DNA of 64,000 nucleotides from the human T2T-CHM13v2.0 reference genome, Homo sapiens: the NCBI RefSeq assembly GCF_009914755.1, contig NC_060933.1. One strand, 5' to 3'. The notes beneath the pieces were generated by a model. That model made no database searches, was not told the origin of the DNA, and was given only the letters and a program-made list of their open reading frames with translations. Shown piece by piece: positions 14,020-29,000 of the stretch. The position numbers were made by a program, and so were the translations under genes. How positions within the stretch are numbered: the stretch's first letter is position 1; every line of letters begins with the position of its first letter.

Positions 14020-17000
14020 TGGAATGGAATGGAATGGAATGAAATGCAATGGATTCAACTCGATTGCAATGGAAAGGAATAGATTAGAATGGAATGGAAT
14101 GGAATTAACCCGAATAGAATGGAATGGAATGGAATGGAACGGAATGGAACGGAATGGAATGGAATGGAATGGAATGGAATGGAATGGAATGGAATGGAAT
14201 GGAATGGAATGGAATGGAATCAACGCGAGTGCAGGGGAATGTAATGGAACGGAATGCAATGGAACGGAATCATCCGGAATGAAATGGAATGGAATGGAAT
14301 GGAATGCAATCAACCCGAGTGCAATGGAATGGAGTGGTATGGACTGGAATGGAATGGAACAACCCGAATGGAATGGAATGCAATGGAGAGTAAGGGAGTT
14401 GAATAGAATCAATCCGAATGTAATGGAATGGAATGCAACGGATTGGAATGGAATGGAATGCAATGGAATGGAATCAACCCGAGTACAATGGAATGGAATG
14501 GAATGGAATGGAATGGAATGCCTTCAAACGGAATGGAATGGAAAGGAATGAAATCAACACGAGTGGAATGTAATGGAATGGAATGGAAGGGAATGGAATG
14601 GAATGGAATGGAATGATACGGAACAGAATGGAATGGAACGAAATGGAATGGAATGGAATGGAATGGAATGGAATGGAATGGAATGGAATGGAATGGAATC
14701 GTTCCGAGTAGAATAGGAGGGAATGTATTCGAGTGGAATGGAAAGGAATGGAATCACCCAGAGTGGAATGGAAGAGAATGGAATGGAATGGAAACTAATA
14801 GAATGGAATCAACCCGAGTGGAATGGAATGGAAAGGACTGGAATGGAATGGAATGGAATGGAATGGAATGAAATGGAATGGAATCAACACGATTGGAATG
14901 GAATGTAATGGAATGGAATGGAATGAAATGGAATGGAATCACCTCGATTGCAATGGAATGGAATGGAATGGAATGGAATGGAATGGAATTAACCCGACTA
15001 CAATGGAATGGAATGGAATGGAATGGTACGGAATGGAGTGGAATGGAATGGAATCAACCAGAGTGCAGGGGAATGGAATGGAATAGAATGCAATGGAATG
15101 GAATCATCCGGAATGGAATGGAATGGAATGGAATGCAAAGCAATGGAATCAACTCGATTGCAATGGAATGGAATGGAATGGAAAAGAATACATTGGAATC
15201 ACCCCGAGTGGAATGGAATGGAAAGGACTGGAATGGAGTGGAATGGAATGGAATGGAATGGAATGCAATCAACTCGATTGGAATGGAATGGAATGGAATG
15301 GTACGGAATAGAAAGGAAGGGAACGAATTGTAATGGAATGGAATTGAATGGAATGGAATGGAATGGAATGGAATCAACGCGAGTGCAGGGGAATGTAATG
15401 GAACGGAATGCAAAGGAATGGAATGGAATGGAAAGGAATACATTGGAATCAACCCGAGTGGAATGGAATGGAAAGGACTGGAATGGAGTGGAATGGAATG
15501 GAATGGAATGGAATGGAATCAACTCGATTCGAATGGAATGGAATGGAATGGTACGGAATAGAATGGAATGGAACGAATTGTAATGGAATGAAATTGAATG
15601 GAATGGAATGGAATGGAATGGAATCAACGCGAGTGCAGGGGAATGTAATGGAACGGAATGCAATGGAATGGAATCATCCGGAATGGAATGGAATGGAATG
15701 GAATGGAATGGAATCAACCCGAGTGCAATGGAATGGAGTGTAATGGAATGGAATGGAATGGAACAACCCGAATGGAATGGAATGTAATGGAGAGTAAGGG
15801 AGTTGAATAGAATCAATCCGAATGTAATGGAATGGAATGCAACGGAATGGAATGGAATGGAATGGAATGGAATGGAATGCAATTGAATGGAATCAACCGG
15901 AGTACAATGAAATGGAATGGAATGGAATGGAATGGAATGGAATGATACGGAATAGAATGGAATGGAACGAAATGGTATGGAATGGAATAGAATGCAATGG
16001 AATTGAATGGAATTGTTCCGAGGGAATAGGAGGGAATGTATTCGAGTGGAATGGAAAGGAATGGAATCAACCAGAGTGGAATGGAAGGGAATGGAATGAA
16101 ATGGAAACTAATAGAATGGAATCAACCCGAGTGGAATGGAATGGAAAGGACTGGAATGGAATGGAATGGAATGGAATGGAATGGAATGGAATTAACCCGA
16201 ATACAATGGAATGGAATGGAATGGAACGGAATGGAGTGGAATGGAATGGAATCAACCCGAGGGCAGGGGAATGGAATGGAATGGAATGCAATGGAATGCA
16301 ATCATCCGGAATGGAATGGAATGGAATGGAATGGAATGCAAAGCAATGGAATCAACTCGATTGCAATGGAATGGAATGGAATGGAAAGGAATACATTGGA
16401 ATCAACCCGAGTGGAATGGAATGTAAAGGACTGGAATGGAGTGGAATGGAATGGAACGGAATGGAATGGAATGGAATGGAATGGAATGGAATGGAATGGA
16501 ATCAACTCGATTCGAATGGAATGGAATGGAATGGAATGGAATGGAATTAACCCGAGTAGAATGGAATGGAATGGAATGGAACGGAACGGAACGGAACGGA
16601 ACGGAATGGAATGGAATGGAACAGAACGGAACGGAATGGAATGGAATGGAAAGGAATCAACGCGAGTGCAGGGGAATGGAATGGAATGGAATGAAATGGA
16701 ATGGAATCTGCCAGAATGGAATGGAATGGAATGGAATAGAATGGAATGGAATGGAATAGAATGGATTCAACCCGAGTACAGGGGAATGGAATGGAATGTA
16801 ATGCAATGGAATGGAATCATCCGTAATGGAATGGAAAGGAATGGAATGGAATGGAATGGAATGCAATGGATTCAACTCGATTGCAATGAAATGGAATAGA
16901 ATGGAATGGAATGGAATGGAATGGAATGGAATGGAATGGAATTAACCCGAATAGAATGGAATGGAATGGTATGGAACGGAACGGAACGGAACGGAAACGA

Positions 17001-20000
17001 ATGGAATGGAATGGAATGGAATGGAATGGAATGGAATGGAATGGAATGGAATTGTATGGAATGGAACGGAATGGTACAGAATAGAATGGAATGGAAAGAA
17101 TTGGAATGGAATGGAATCGAATGGAATGGAATCGAATGGAATGGAATGGAATGGAATGGAATGGAATGGAATGGAATGGAACCAACCCGAGTGCAATGGA
17201 ATGGATTGGAATGGAGTGGAATGGAATGGAACAACCCGAATGGAATGGAATGTAATGGAGAGTAAGGGAGTTGAATAGAATCAATCCGAATGTAATGGAA
17301 TGGAATAGAACGGAATGGAATGGAATGGAATTGAATGGAATGCAATGGAATGGAATCAACCCGAGTACAATGGAATGGAATGGAAAGGAATGGAATGGAA
17401 TGGAATGGAATGGAATGGAATGGAATCAACCCGAGTGCAATGGAATAGAGAGGAAAGGAATGGAATGGAATGGAATGGAATCGTTCCAAGTGGAATAGGA
17501 GAGAATGTATTCGAGTGGAATGGAAAGGAATGGAATCAACCAGAGTGGAATGGAAGGGAATGGAATGGAATGGAAACTAATAGATTAGATTGGAATCAAC
17601 CCGAGTGGAATGGAATGGAAAGGACTGAAATGGAATGGAATGGAATGGAATGGAATCAACTCGATTGTAATGGAATGGAATGGAATGGAATGGAACGGAA
17701 TGGAATGGAATTAACCCGAATACAATGGAATGGAATGGAATGGAATGGAATGGAATGGAACGGAATGGAGTGGAATGGAATGGATTCAACCCGAGTGCAC
17801 GGGAATGGAATGGAATGGAATGCAATGGAATGGAATCATCCGGAATGGAATGGAATGGAATGGAATGCAAAGCAATGGAATCAACTCGATTGCAATGGAA
17901 AGCAATGGAATGGAAAGGAATAGAACGGAATCAACCTGATTGGAATGGAATGGAAAGGACTGGAATGGAGTGGAATGGAATGGAATGGAATGGAATGGAA
18001 TGGAATGCAATGGAATGGTATGGAATGGAATGGAATGGTACGGAATAGAATGGAATGGAACGAATTGTAATGGAATGGAATTCAATGGAATGGAATGGAA
18101 TGGAATGGAATCAACGCGAGTGCAGGGGAATGTAATGGAACGGAATGCAATGGAATGGAATCATCCGGAATGGAATGGAATGGAATGGAATGGAATGGAA
18201 TCAACCCGAGTGCAATGGAATGGAGTGGAATGGAATGGAATGGAATGGAACAACCCGAATGGAATGGAATGTAATGGAGAGTAAGGGAGTTGAATAGAAT
18301 CAATCAGAATGTAATGGAATGGAATGCAACGGAATGGAATGGAATGGAATGGAATGGAATGCAATGCAATGGAATCAACCCGAGTACAATGGAATGGAAT
18401 GGGATGGAATGGAATGCCTTCAAACCGAATGGAATGGAAAGGAATGGAATCAACACGAGTGGAATGGAATGGAATGGAATGGAATGGAATGGAATGGAAT
18501 GGAATGGAATGGAATGATACGGAATAGGATGGAATGGAACGAAATGGAATGGAATGGAATGGACTGGAATGGAATGGAATGGAATGGAATGGAATGGAAT
18601 GATATGGAATAGAATGGAATGGAACGAAATGGAATCGAATGGAATGGAATGGAATGGAATGGAATGGAATCGTTCCGAGTGGAATAGGAGGGAATGTATT
18701 CGAGAGGAATGGAAAGAAATGGAATCAGCAGAGTGGAATGGAAGGGAATGGAATGGAATGGAAACTAATAGAATGGAATCAACCCGAGTGGAATGGAATG
18801 GAAAGGACTAGAATGGAATGGAATGGAATGGAATGGAATCAACTCGATTGTAATGGAATGGAATGGAATGGAATGGAATGGAATGGAATTAACCCGAATA
18901 CAATGGAATGGAATGGAATGGAATGGAATGGAGTGGAATGGAATGGAATCAACCCGAGTGCAGGGGAATGGAATGGAATGGAATGCAATGCAATGGAATC
19001 ATCCGGAATGGAATGGAATGGAATGGAATGCAAAGCAATGGAATCAACTAGATTGCAATGGAATGGAATGGAATGGAAAGGAATACATTGGAATCACCCC
19101 GAGTGGAATGGAATGGAAAGGACTGGAATGGAGTGGAATGGAATGGAATGGAATGGAATGGAACCATCTCGATTGGAATGGAATGGAATGGAATGGAATG
19201 GAATGGAATTAACCCGAATAGAATGGAATGGAATGGAATGGAACGGAACGGAACGGAACGGAATGAAATGGAATGGAATGGAATGGAATGGAATGGAATG
19301 GAATCAACCCGACTGCAGGGGAATGGAATGGAATGGAAAGCAATGGAATGGAATCATCCGTAATGGAATGAAAAGGAATGGAATGGAATGGAATGGAATG
19401 GAATGGAATGGAATGGAATCAACTCGATTGCAATCGAATGGAATGGAATGGAATTAACCCGAATAGAATGGAATGGAATTGAATGGAACGGAACGGAACG
19501 GAACGGAATGGAATGGAATGGAATGGAATGGAATGGAATGGAAAGGAATGGAATGGAATGGAATGGAATGGAATGGAATGGAATGGAATGGAATCAACGC
19601 GAGTGCAGGGGAATGGAATGGAATGCAATGCAATGGAATGGAATCTTCCGGAATGGAATGGAATGGAATGGAATGGAATGGAATGGAATGGAATTGAATG
19701 GAATAAACCCGGGTGCAATGGAATGGAGTGGAATGTAATGGAATGGAATGGAACAACCCGAATGGAATGGAATTTAATGGAGAGTAAGGGAGTTGATTAG
19801 AATCAATCCGAATGTAATGGAATGGAATGGAACGGAATGGAATTGAATGGAATGGAATGGAATGCAATGGAATGGAATCAACCCGAGTGCAATGGAATGG
19901 AGAGGAATAGAGTGGAATGGAAACTACCCGAATGGAATGGAATGTAATGGAGTGTAAGGGAATTGAATAGAATCAATCCGAATGTAATGGAATGGAATGG

Positions 20001-23000
20001 AACGGAATGGAATGCAATGGAATGGAATGGAATGGAATGGAATGCAATGGAATGGAATCAACCCGAGTGCAATCGAATGGAATCGAATGGAATGGAATGC
20101 AATGGAATGGATTCAACTTGAATGGAATGGAAAGAATGGAATCAACACGAGTGGAATGGCATGGATTGGAATGGAATGGAATGGAATCAACCGGAGTACA
20201 GGGGAATGGAATGGAATGGAATGCAATGGAATGGAATCATCCGTAATGGAATGGAAAGGAATGGAATGGAATGGAATGGAATGGAATGGAATGGAATGGA
20301 ATCAACTCGATTGCAATCGAATGGCATGGAATGGAATTAACCCGAATACAATGGAATGGAATGGAATGGAACGGAACGGAATGGAATGGAATGGAATGGA
20401 ATGGAACGGAACGGAATGGAATGGAATGGAATGGAATGGAATGGAATGGAATCAACGCGAGTGCAGGGGAATGGAATGGAATGGAATGCAATGGAATGGA
20501 ATCTTCCGGAATGGAATGGAATGGAATGGAATGGAATGAAATGCAATGGATTCAACTCGATTGAAATGGAATGGAATAGAATGGAATGGAATGGAATGGA
20601 ATTAACCCGAATAGAATGGAATGGAATGCAATGGAACGGAATGGAACGGAATGGAATGGAATGGAATGCAATGGAAGGGTATGGAATGGAATGGAATGGT
20701 ACGGAATAGAATGCAATGGAACGAATTGTAATGGAATGGAATTGAATGGAATGGAATGGAATGGAATGGAATAAACCCGAGTGCAGGGGAATGTAATGGA
20801 ACGGAATGCAATGGAATGGAATCATCCGGAATGGAATGGAATGGAATGGAATGGAATGGAATGGAATCAACCCGAGTGCAATAGAATGGAGTGGAATGAA
20901 ATGGAATGGAATGGAACAACCCGAATGGAATGGAATGTAATGGAGAGTAAGGGTGTTGAATAGAATCAATCCGAATGTAATGGAATGGAATGCAACGGAA
21001 TGGAATGGAATGGAATGGAATGGAATGCAATGGAATGGAATCAACCCGAGTACAATGGAATGGAATGGAATGGAATGGAATGGAATGGAATGGAATGGAA
21101 TGGAATGCCTTTAAACCAAATGGAATGGAAAGGAATGGAATCAACACGAGTGGAATGGAATGGAATGGAAGGGAATGGAATGGAATGGAATGGAATAATA
21201 CAGATTAGAATGGAATGGAACGAAATGGAATAGAATGGAATGGAATGTAAGGGAATGGAATGGAATGGAATCGTTCCGAGTGGAATAGGAGGGAATGTAT
21301 TCGAGTGGAATGGAAAGGAATGGTATCAACCAGAGTGGAATGGAAGGGAATGGAATGGAATGGAAACTAATAGAATGGAATCAACCCGAGTGGAATGGAA
21401 TGGAAAGGACTGGAATGGAATGGAATGGAATGGAATGGAATCAACTCGATTGTAATGGAATGGAATGGAATGGAACGGAATGGAATGGAATTAACCCGAA
21501 TACAATGGAATGGAATGGAATGGAAGGGAATGGAGTGGAATGGAATGGAATCAACCCGAGTGCAGGGGAATGGAATGGAATGGAATGCAATGGAATGGAA
21601 TCATCCGGAATGGAATGGAATGGAATGGAATGCAAAGCAATGGAACCAACTCGATTGCAATGGAAAGGAATGGAATGGAAAGGAATACATTGGAATCAAC
21701 CCGAGTGGAATGGAATGGAAAGGACTGGAATGGTGTGGAATGGAATGGAATGGAATGGAATGGAATCAACTCGATTGGAATGGAATGGAATGGAATGGAA
21801 TGGAATTAACCCGAATAGAATGGAATAGAATGGAATGGAACGGAACGGAATGCAATGGAATGTAATGTAATGGAATGGAATGGAATGGAATGAAATGCAA
21901 TGGATTCAACTCGATTGCAATGGAATGGAATAGATTAGAATGGAATGGAATGGAATTAACCCGAATAGAATGATATGGAATGGAATGGAACGGAATGGAA
22001 CGGAACGGAATGGAATGGAATGGAATGGAATGGAATGGAATGGAATGGAATGGAATGGAATCAACGCGAGTGCAGGGGAATGTAATGGAACGGAATGCAA
22101 TGGAACAGAATCATCCGGAATGAAATGGAATGGAATGGAATGGAATGCAATCAACCCGAGTGCAATGGAATGGAGTGGTATGGACTGGAATGGAATGGAA
22201 CAACCCGAATGGAATGGAATGTAATGGAGAGTAAGGGAGTTGAATAGAATCAATCCGAATGTAATGGAATGGAATGCAACGGATTGGAATGGAATGGAAT
22301 GCAATGGAATGGAATCAACCCGAGTACAATGGAATGGAATGGAATGGAATGGAATGGAATGGAATGGAATGCCTTCAAACGGAATGGAATGGAAAGGAAT
22401 GAAATCAACACGAGTGGAATGTAATGGAATGGAATGGAAGGGAATGGAATGGAATGGAATGGAATGATACGGAACAGAATGGAATGGAACGAAATGGAAT
22501 GGAATGGAATGGAATGGAATGGAATGGAATGGAATGGAATGGAATGGAATGGAATCGTTCCGAGTAGAATAGGAGGGAATGTATTCGAGTGGAATGGAAA
22601 GGAATGGAATCACCCAGAGTGGAATGGAAGAGAATGGAATGGAATGGAAACTAATAGAATGGAATCAACCCGAGTGGAATGGAATGGAAAGGACTGGAAT
22701 GGAATGGAATGGAATGGAATGGAATGAAATGGAATGGAATCAACACGATTGGAATGGAATGTAATGGAATGGAATGGAATGAAATGGAATGGAATCACCT
22801 CGATTGCAATGGAATGGAATGGAATGGAATGGAATGGAATGGAATTAACCCGAATACAATGGAATGGAATGGAATGGAATGGTACGGAATGGAGTGGAAT
22901 GGAATGGAATCAACCAGAGTGCAGGGGAATGGAATGGAATAGAATGCAATGGAATGGAATCATCCGGAATGGAATGGAATGGAATGGAATGCAAAGCAAT

Positions 23001-26000
23001 GGAATCAACTCGATTGCAATGGAATGGAATGGAATGGAAACGAATACATTGGAATCACCCCGAGTGGAATGGAATGGAAAGGACTGGAATGGAGTGGAAT
23101 GGAATGGAATGGAATGGAATGCAATCAACTCGATTGGAATGGAATGGAATGGAATGGTACGGAATAGAAAGGAAGGGAACGAATTGTAATGGAATGGAAT
23201 TGAATGGAATGGAATGGAATGGAATGGAATCAACGCGAGTGCAGGGGAATGTAATGGAACGGAATGCAAAGGAATGGAATGGAATGGAAAGGAATACATT
23301 GGAATCAACCCGAGTGGAATGGAATGGAAAGGACTGGAATGGAGTGGAATGGAATGGAATGGAATGGAATGGAATCAACTCGATTCGAATGGAATGGAAT
23401 GGAACGAATTGTAATGGAATGAAATTGAATGGAATGGAATGGAATGGAATGGAATCAACGCGAGTGCAGGGGAATGTAATGGAACGGAATGCAATGGAAT
23501 GGAATCATCCGGAATGGAATGGAATGGAATGGAATGGAATGGAATCAACTCGATTGGAATGGAATGGAATGGAATGGTACGGAATAGAATGGAATGGAAC
23601 GAATTGTAATGGAATGAAATTGAATGGAATGGAATGGAATGGAATGGAATCAACGCGAGTGCAGGGGAATGTAATGGAACGGAATGCAATGGAATGGAAT
23701 CATCCGGAATGGAATGGAATGGAATGGAATGGAATGGAATCAACCCGAGTGCAATGGAATGGAGTGTAATGGAATGGAATGGAATGGAACAACCCGAATG
23801 GAATGGAATGTAATGGAGAGTAAGGGAGTTGAATAGAATCAATCCGAATGTAATGGAATGGAATGCAACGGAATGGAATGGAATGGAATGGAATGGAATG
23901 CAATGGAATGGAATCAACCGGAGTACAATGAAATGGAATGGAATGGAATGGAATGGAATGGAATGATACGGAATAGAATGGAATGGAACGAAATGGTATG
24001 GAATGGAATAGAATGCAATGGAATTGAATGGAATTGTTCCGAGGGAATAGGAGGGAATGTATTCGAGTGGAATGGAAAGGAATGGAATCAACCAGAGTGG
24101 AATGGAAGGGAATGGAATGAAATGGAAACTAATAGAATGGAATCAACCCGAGTGGAATGGAATGGAAAGGACTGGAATGGAATGGAATGGAATGGAATGG
24201 AATGGAATGGAATGGAATGGAATTAACCCGAATACAATGGAATGGAATGGAATGGAACGGAATGGAGTGGAATGGAATGGAATCAACCCGAGGGCAGGGG
24301 AATGGAATGGAATGGAATGCAATGGAATGCAATCATCCGGAATGGAATGGAATGGAATGGAATGCAAAGCAATGGAATCAACTCGATTGCAATGGAATGG
24401 AATGGAATGGAAAGGAATACATTGGAATCAACCCGAGTGGAATGGAATGTAAAGGACTGGAATGGAGTGGAATGGAATGGAACGGAATGGAATGGAATGG
24501 AATGGAATGGAATGGAATGGAATGGAATGGAATCAACTCGATTGGAATGGAATGGAATGGAATGGAATGTAATGGAATTAACCCGAGTAGAATGGAATGG
24601 AATGGAATGGAACGGAACGGAACGGAACGGAATGGAATGGAATGGAACAGAACGGAACGGAATGGAATGGAATGGAAAGGAATCAACGCGAGTGCAGGGG
24701 AATGGAATGGAATGGAATGAAATGGAATGGAATCTGCCAGAATGGAATGGAATGGAATGGAATAGAATGGAATGGAATGGAATGGAATGGATTCAACCCG
24801 AGTACAGGGGAATGGAATGGAATGTAATGCAATGGAATGGAATCATCCGTAATGGAATGGAAAGGAATGGAATGGAATGGAATGGAATGCAATGGATTCA
24901 ACTCGATTGCAATGAAATGGAATAGAATGGAATGGAATGGAATGGAATGGAATGGAATGGAATGGAATGGAATGGAATTAACCCGAATAGAATGGAATGG
25001 AATGGTATGGAACGGAACGGAACGGAACGGAAACGAATGGAATGGAATGGAATGGAATGGAATGGAATGGAATGGAATGGAATTGTATGGAATGGAATGG
25101 AATGGTACAGAATAGAATGGAATGGAAAGAATTGGAATGGAATGGAATCGAATGGAATGGAATCGAATGGAATGGAATGGAATGGAATGGAATGGAATGG
25201 AATGGAATGGAACCAACCCGAGTGCAATGGAATGGATTGGAATGGAATGGAATGGAATGGAACAACCCGAATGGAATGGAATGTAATGGAGAGTAAGGGA
25301 GTTGAATAAAATCAATCCGAATGTAATGGAATGGAATAGAACGGAATGGAATGGAATGGAATTGAATGGAATGCAATGGAATGGAATCAACCCGAGTACA
25401 ATGGAATGGAATGGAAAGGAATGGAATGGAATGGAATGGAATGGAATGGAATGGAATCAACCCGAGTGCAATGGAATAGAGAGGAAAGGAATGGAATGGA
25501 ATGGAATGGAATCGTTCCAAGTGGAATAGGAGAGAATGTATTCGAGTGGAATGGAAAGGAATGGAATCAACCAGAGTGGAATGGAAGGGAATGGAATGGA
25601 ATGGAAACTAATAGATTAGATTGGAATCAACCCGAGTGGAATGGAATGGAAAGGACTGAAATGGAATGGAATGGAATGGAATGGAATCAACTCGATTGTA
25701 ATGGAATGGAATGGAATGGAATGGAACGGAATGGAATGGAATTAACCCGAATACAATGGAATGGAATGGAATGGAATGGAATGGAATGGAATGGAATGGA
25801 ACGGAATGGAGTGGAATGGAATGGATTCAACCCGAGTGCACGGGAATGGAATGGAATGGAATGCAATGGAATGGAATCATCCGGAATGGAATGGAATGGA
25901 ATGGAATGCAAAGCAATGGAATCAACTCGATTGCAATGGAAAGGAATGGAATGGAAAGGAATAGAATGGAATCAACCAGATTGGAATGGAATGGAAAGGA

Positions 26001-29000
26001 CTGGAATGGAGTGGAATGGAATGGAATGGAATGGAATGGAATGGAATGCAATGGAATGGTATGGAATGGAATGGAATGGTACGGAATAGAATGGAATGGA
26101 ACGAATTGTAATGGAATGGAATTCAATGGAATGGAATGGAATGGAATGGAATCAACGCGAGTGCAGGGGAATGTAATGGAACGGAATGCAATGGAATGGA
26201 ATCATCCGGAATGGAATGGAATGGAATGGAATGGAATGGAATCAACCCGAGTGCAATGGAATGGAGTGGAATGGAATGGAATGGAATGAAACAACCCGAA
26301 TGGAATGGAATGTAATGGAGAGTAAGGGAGTTGAATAGAATCAATCAGAATGTAATGGAATGGAATGCAACGGAATGGAATGGAATGGAATGGAATGGAA
26401 TGCAATGCAATGGAATCAACCCGAGTACAATGGAATGGAATGGGATGGAATGGAATGCCTTCAAACCGAATGGAATGGAAAGGAATGGAATCAACACGAG
26501 TGGAATGGAATGGAATGGAATGGAATGGAATGGAATGGAATGATACGGAATAGGATGGAATGGAACGAAATGGAATGGAATGGAATGGACTGGAATGGAA
26601 TGGAATGGAATGGAATCGTTCCGAGTGGAATAGGAGGGAATGTATTCGAGTGGAATGGAAAGGAATGGAATCAACCAGAGTGGAATGGAAGGGAATGGAA
26701 TGGAATGGAAACTAATAGAATGGAATCAACCCTAGTGGAATGGAATGGAAAGGACTGGAATGGAAAGGAATGGAAAGGAATGGAATGGAATGGAATGGAA
26801 TGGAATGTAATGGAATGGAATCAACGCGAGTGCAGGAGAATGGAATGGAATCGAATGGAATGGAATGGAATGGAATCAACCCGAGTGCAGGGGAATGTAA
26901 TGGAACGGAATGCAATGGAAAGGAATCATCCGGAATGGAATGGAATGGAATGGAATGGAATCAACCCGAGTGCAATGGAATGGAGTGGAATGGAATGGAA
27001 TGGAATGGAACAACCCGAATGGAATGGAATGTAATGGAGAGTAAGGGAGTTGAAAAGAATCAATCCGAATGTAATGGAATGGAATGGAACGGAATGGAAT
27101 GGAATGGAATGGAATGGAATGGAATGGAATGCAATGGAAAGGAATCAACCCGAGTACAATGGAATGGAATGGAATGGAATGGAACGGAATGGAATGGAAT
27201 GGAATGGAATGGAATGGAATGGAATGGAATGCAATGGATTCAACTCGATTGCAATGGAATGGAATAGAATGGAATGGAATGGAATGGAATGGAATGGAAT
27301 GGAATGGAATGGAATTAAACCGAATAGAATGGAATGGAATGGAATGGAACTGTATGGAATGGAATGGAATGGTACGGAATAGAATGGAATGGAATGAATT
27401 GGAATGGAATGGAATCGAATGGAATGGAATGGAATGGAATGGAATCAACCCGAGTGCAATGGAATGGAGTGGAATGGAATGGAATGGAATGGAAAAACCC
27501 GAACGGAATGGAATGTAATGGAGAGTAAGGGAGTTGAATAGAATCAATACGAATGTAATGGAATGGAAAGGAATGGAATGGAATGGAATGGAATGGAATG
27601 GAATGGAATGGAATGGAATGGAATGCAATGGAATGGAATCAACCCGAGTACAATGGAACGGATTGGAATGGAATGGAATGGAATGGAATGGAATGGAATG
27701 GAATGGAATCAACCCGAGTGCAATGGAATGGAGAGGAATGGAATGGAATGGAATGGAAACTACCCGAATGGAATGGAATGTAATAGAGTGTAAGGGAATT
27801 GAATAGAATCAATCCGAATGGAATGGAATGGAATGGAACGGAATGTAATGGAATGGAATGGAATGGAATCAACCCGAGAGCAGGGGAATGGAATGGAATG
27901 GAATGCAATGGAATGGAATCATCCGGAATGGAATGGAATGGAATGCAATGGAATGGAATCAACCCGAGTACAATGGAATGGAATGGAATGGAATGGAATG
28001 GAATGGAATGGAATGGAGTGGAATGTCTTCAAACCGAATGGAATGGAAAGGAATGGAATCAACACGAGTGGAATGGAATGGAATGGAATGGAATGGAATG
28101 GAATGATATGGAATAGAATGGAATGGAACGAAATGGAATCGAATGGAATGGAATGGAATGGAATGGAATGGAATCGTTCCGAGTGGAATAGGAGGGAATG
28201 TATTCGAGAGGAATGGAAAGAAATGGAATCAGCAGAGTGGAATGGAAGGGAATGGAATGGAATGGAAACTAATAGAATGGAATCAACCCGAGTGGAATGG
28301 AATGGAAAGGACTAGAATGGAATGGAATGGAATGGAATGGAATCAACTCGATTGTAATGGAATGGAATGGAATGGAATGGAATGGAATGGAATTAACCCG
28401 AATACAATGGAATGGAATGGAATGGAATGGAATGGAGTGGAATGGAATGGAATCAACCCGAGTGCAGGGGAATGGAATGGAATGGAATGCAATGCAATGG
28501 AATCATCCGGAATGGAATGGAATGGAATGGAATGCAAAGCAATGGAATCAACTAGATTGCAATGGAATGGAATGGAATGGAAAGGAATACATTGGAATCA
28601 CCCCGAGTGGAATGGAATGGAAAGGACTGGAATGGAGTGGAATGGAATGGAATGGAATGGAATGGAACCATCTCGATTGGAATGGAATGGAATGGAATGG
28701 AATGGAATGGAATTAACCCGAATAGAATGGAATGGAATGGAATGGAACGGAACGGAACGGAACGGAATGAAATGGAATGGAATGGAATGGAATGGAATGG
28801 AATGGAATCAACCCGACTGCAGGGGAATGGAATGGAATGGAAAGCAATGGAATGGAATCATCCGTAATGGAATGAAAAGGAATGGAATGGAATGGAATGG
28901 AATGGAATGGAATGGAATGGAATCAACTCGATTGCAATCGAATGGAATGGAATGGAATTAACCCGAATAGAATGGAATGGAATTGAATGGAACGGAACGG

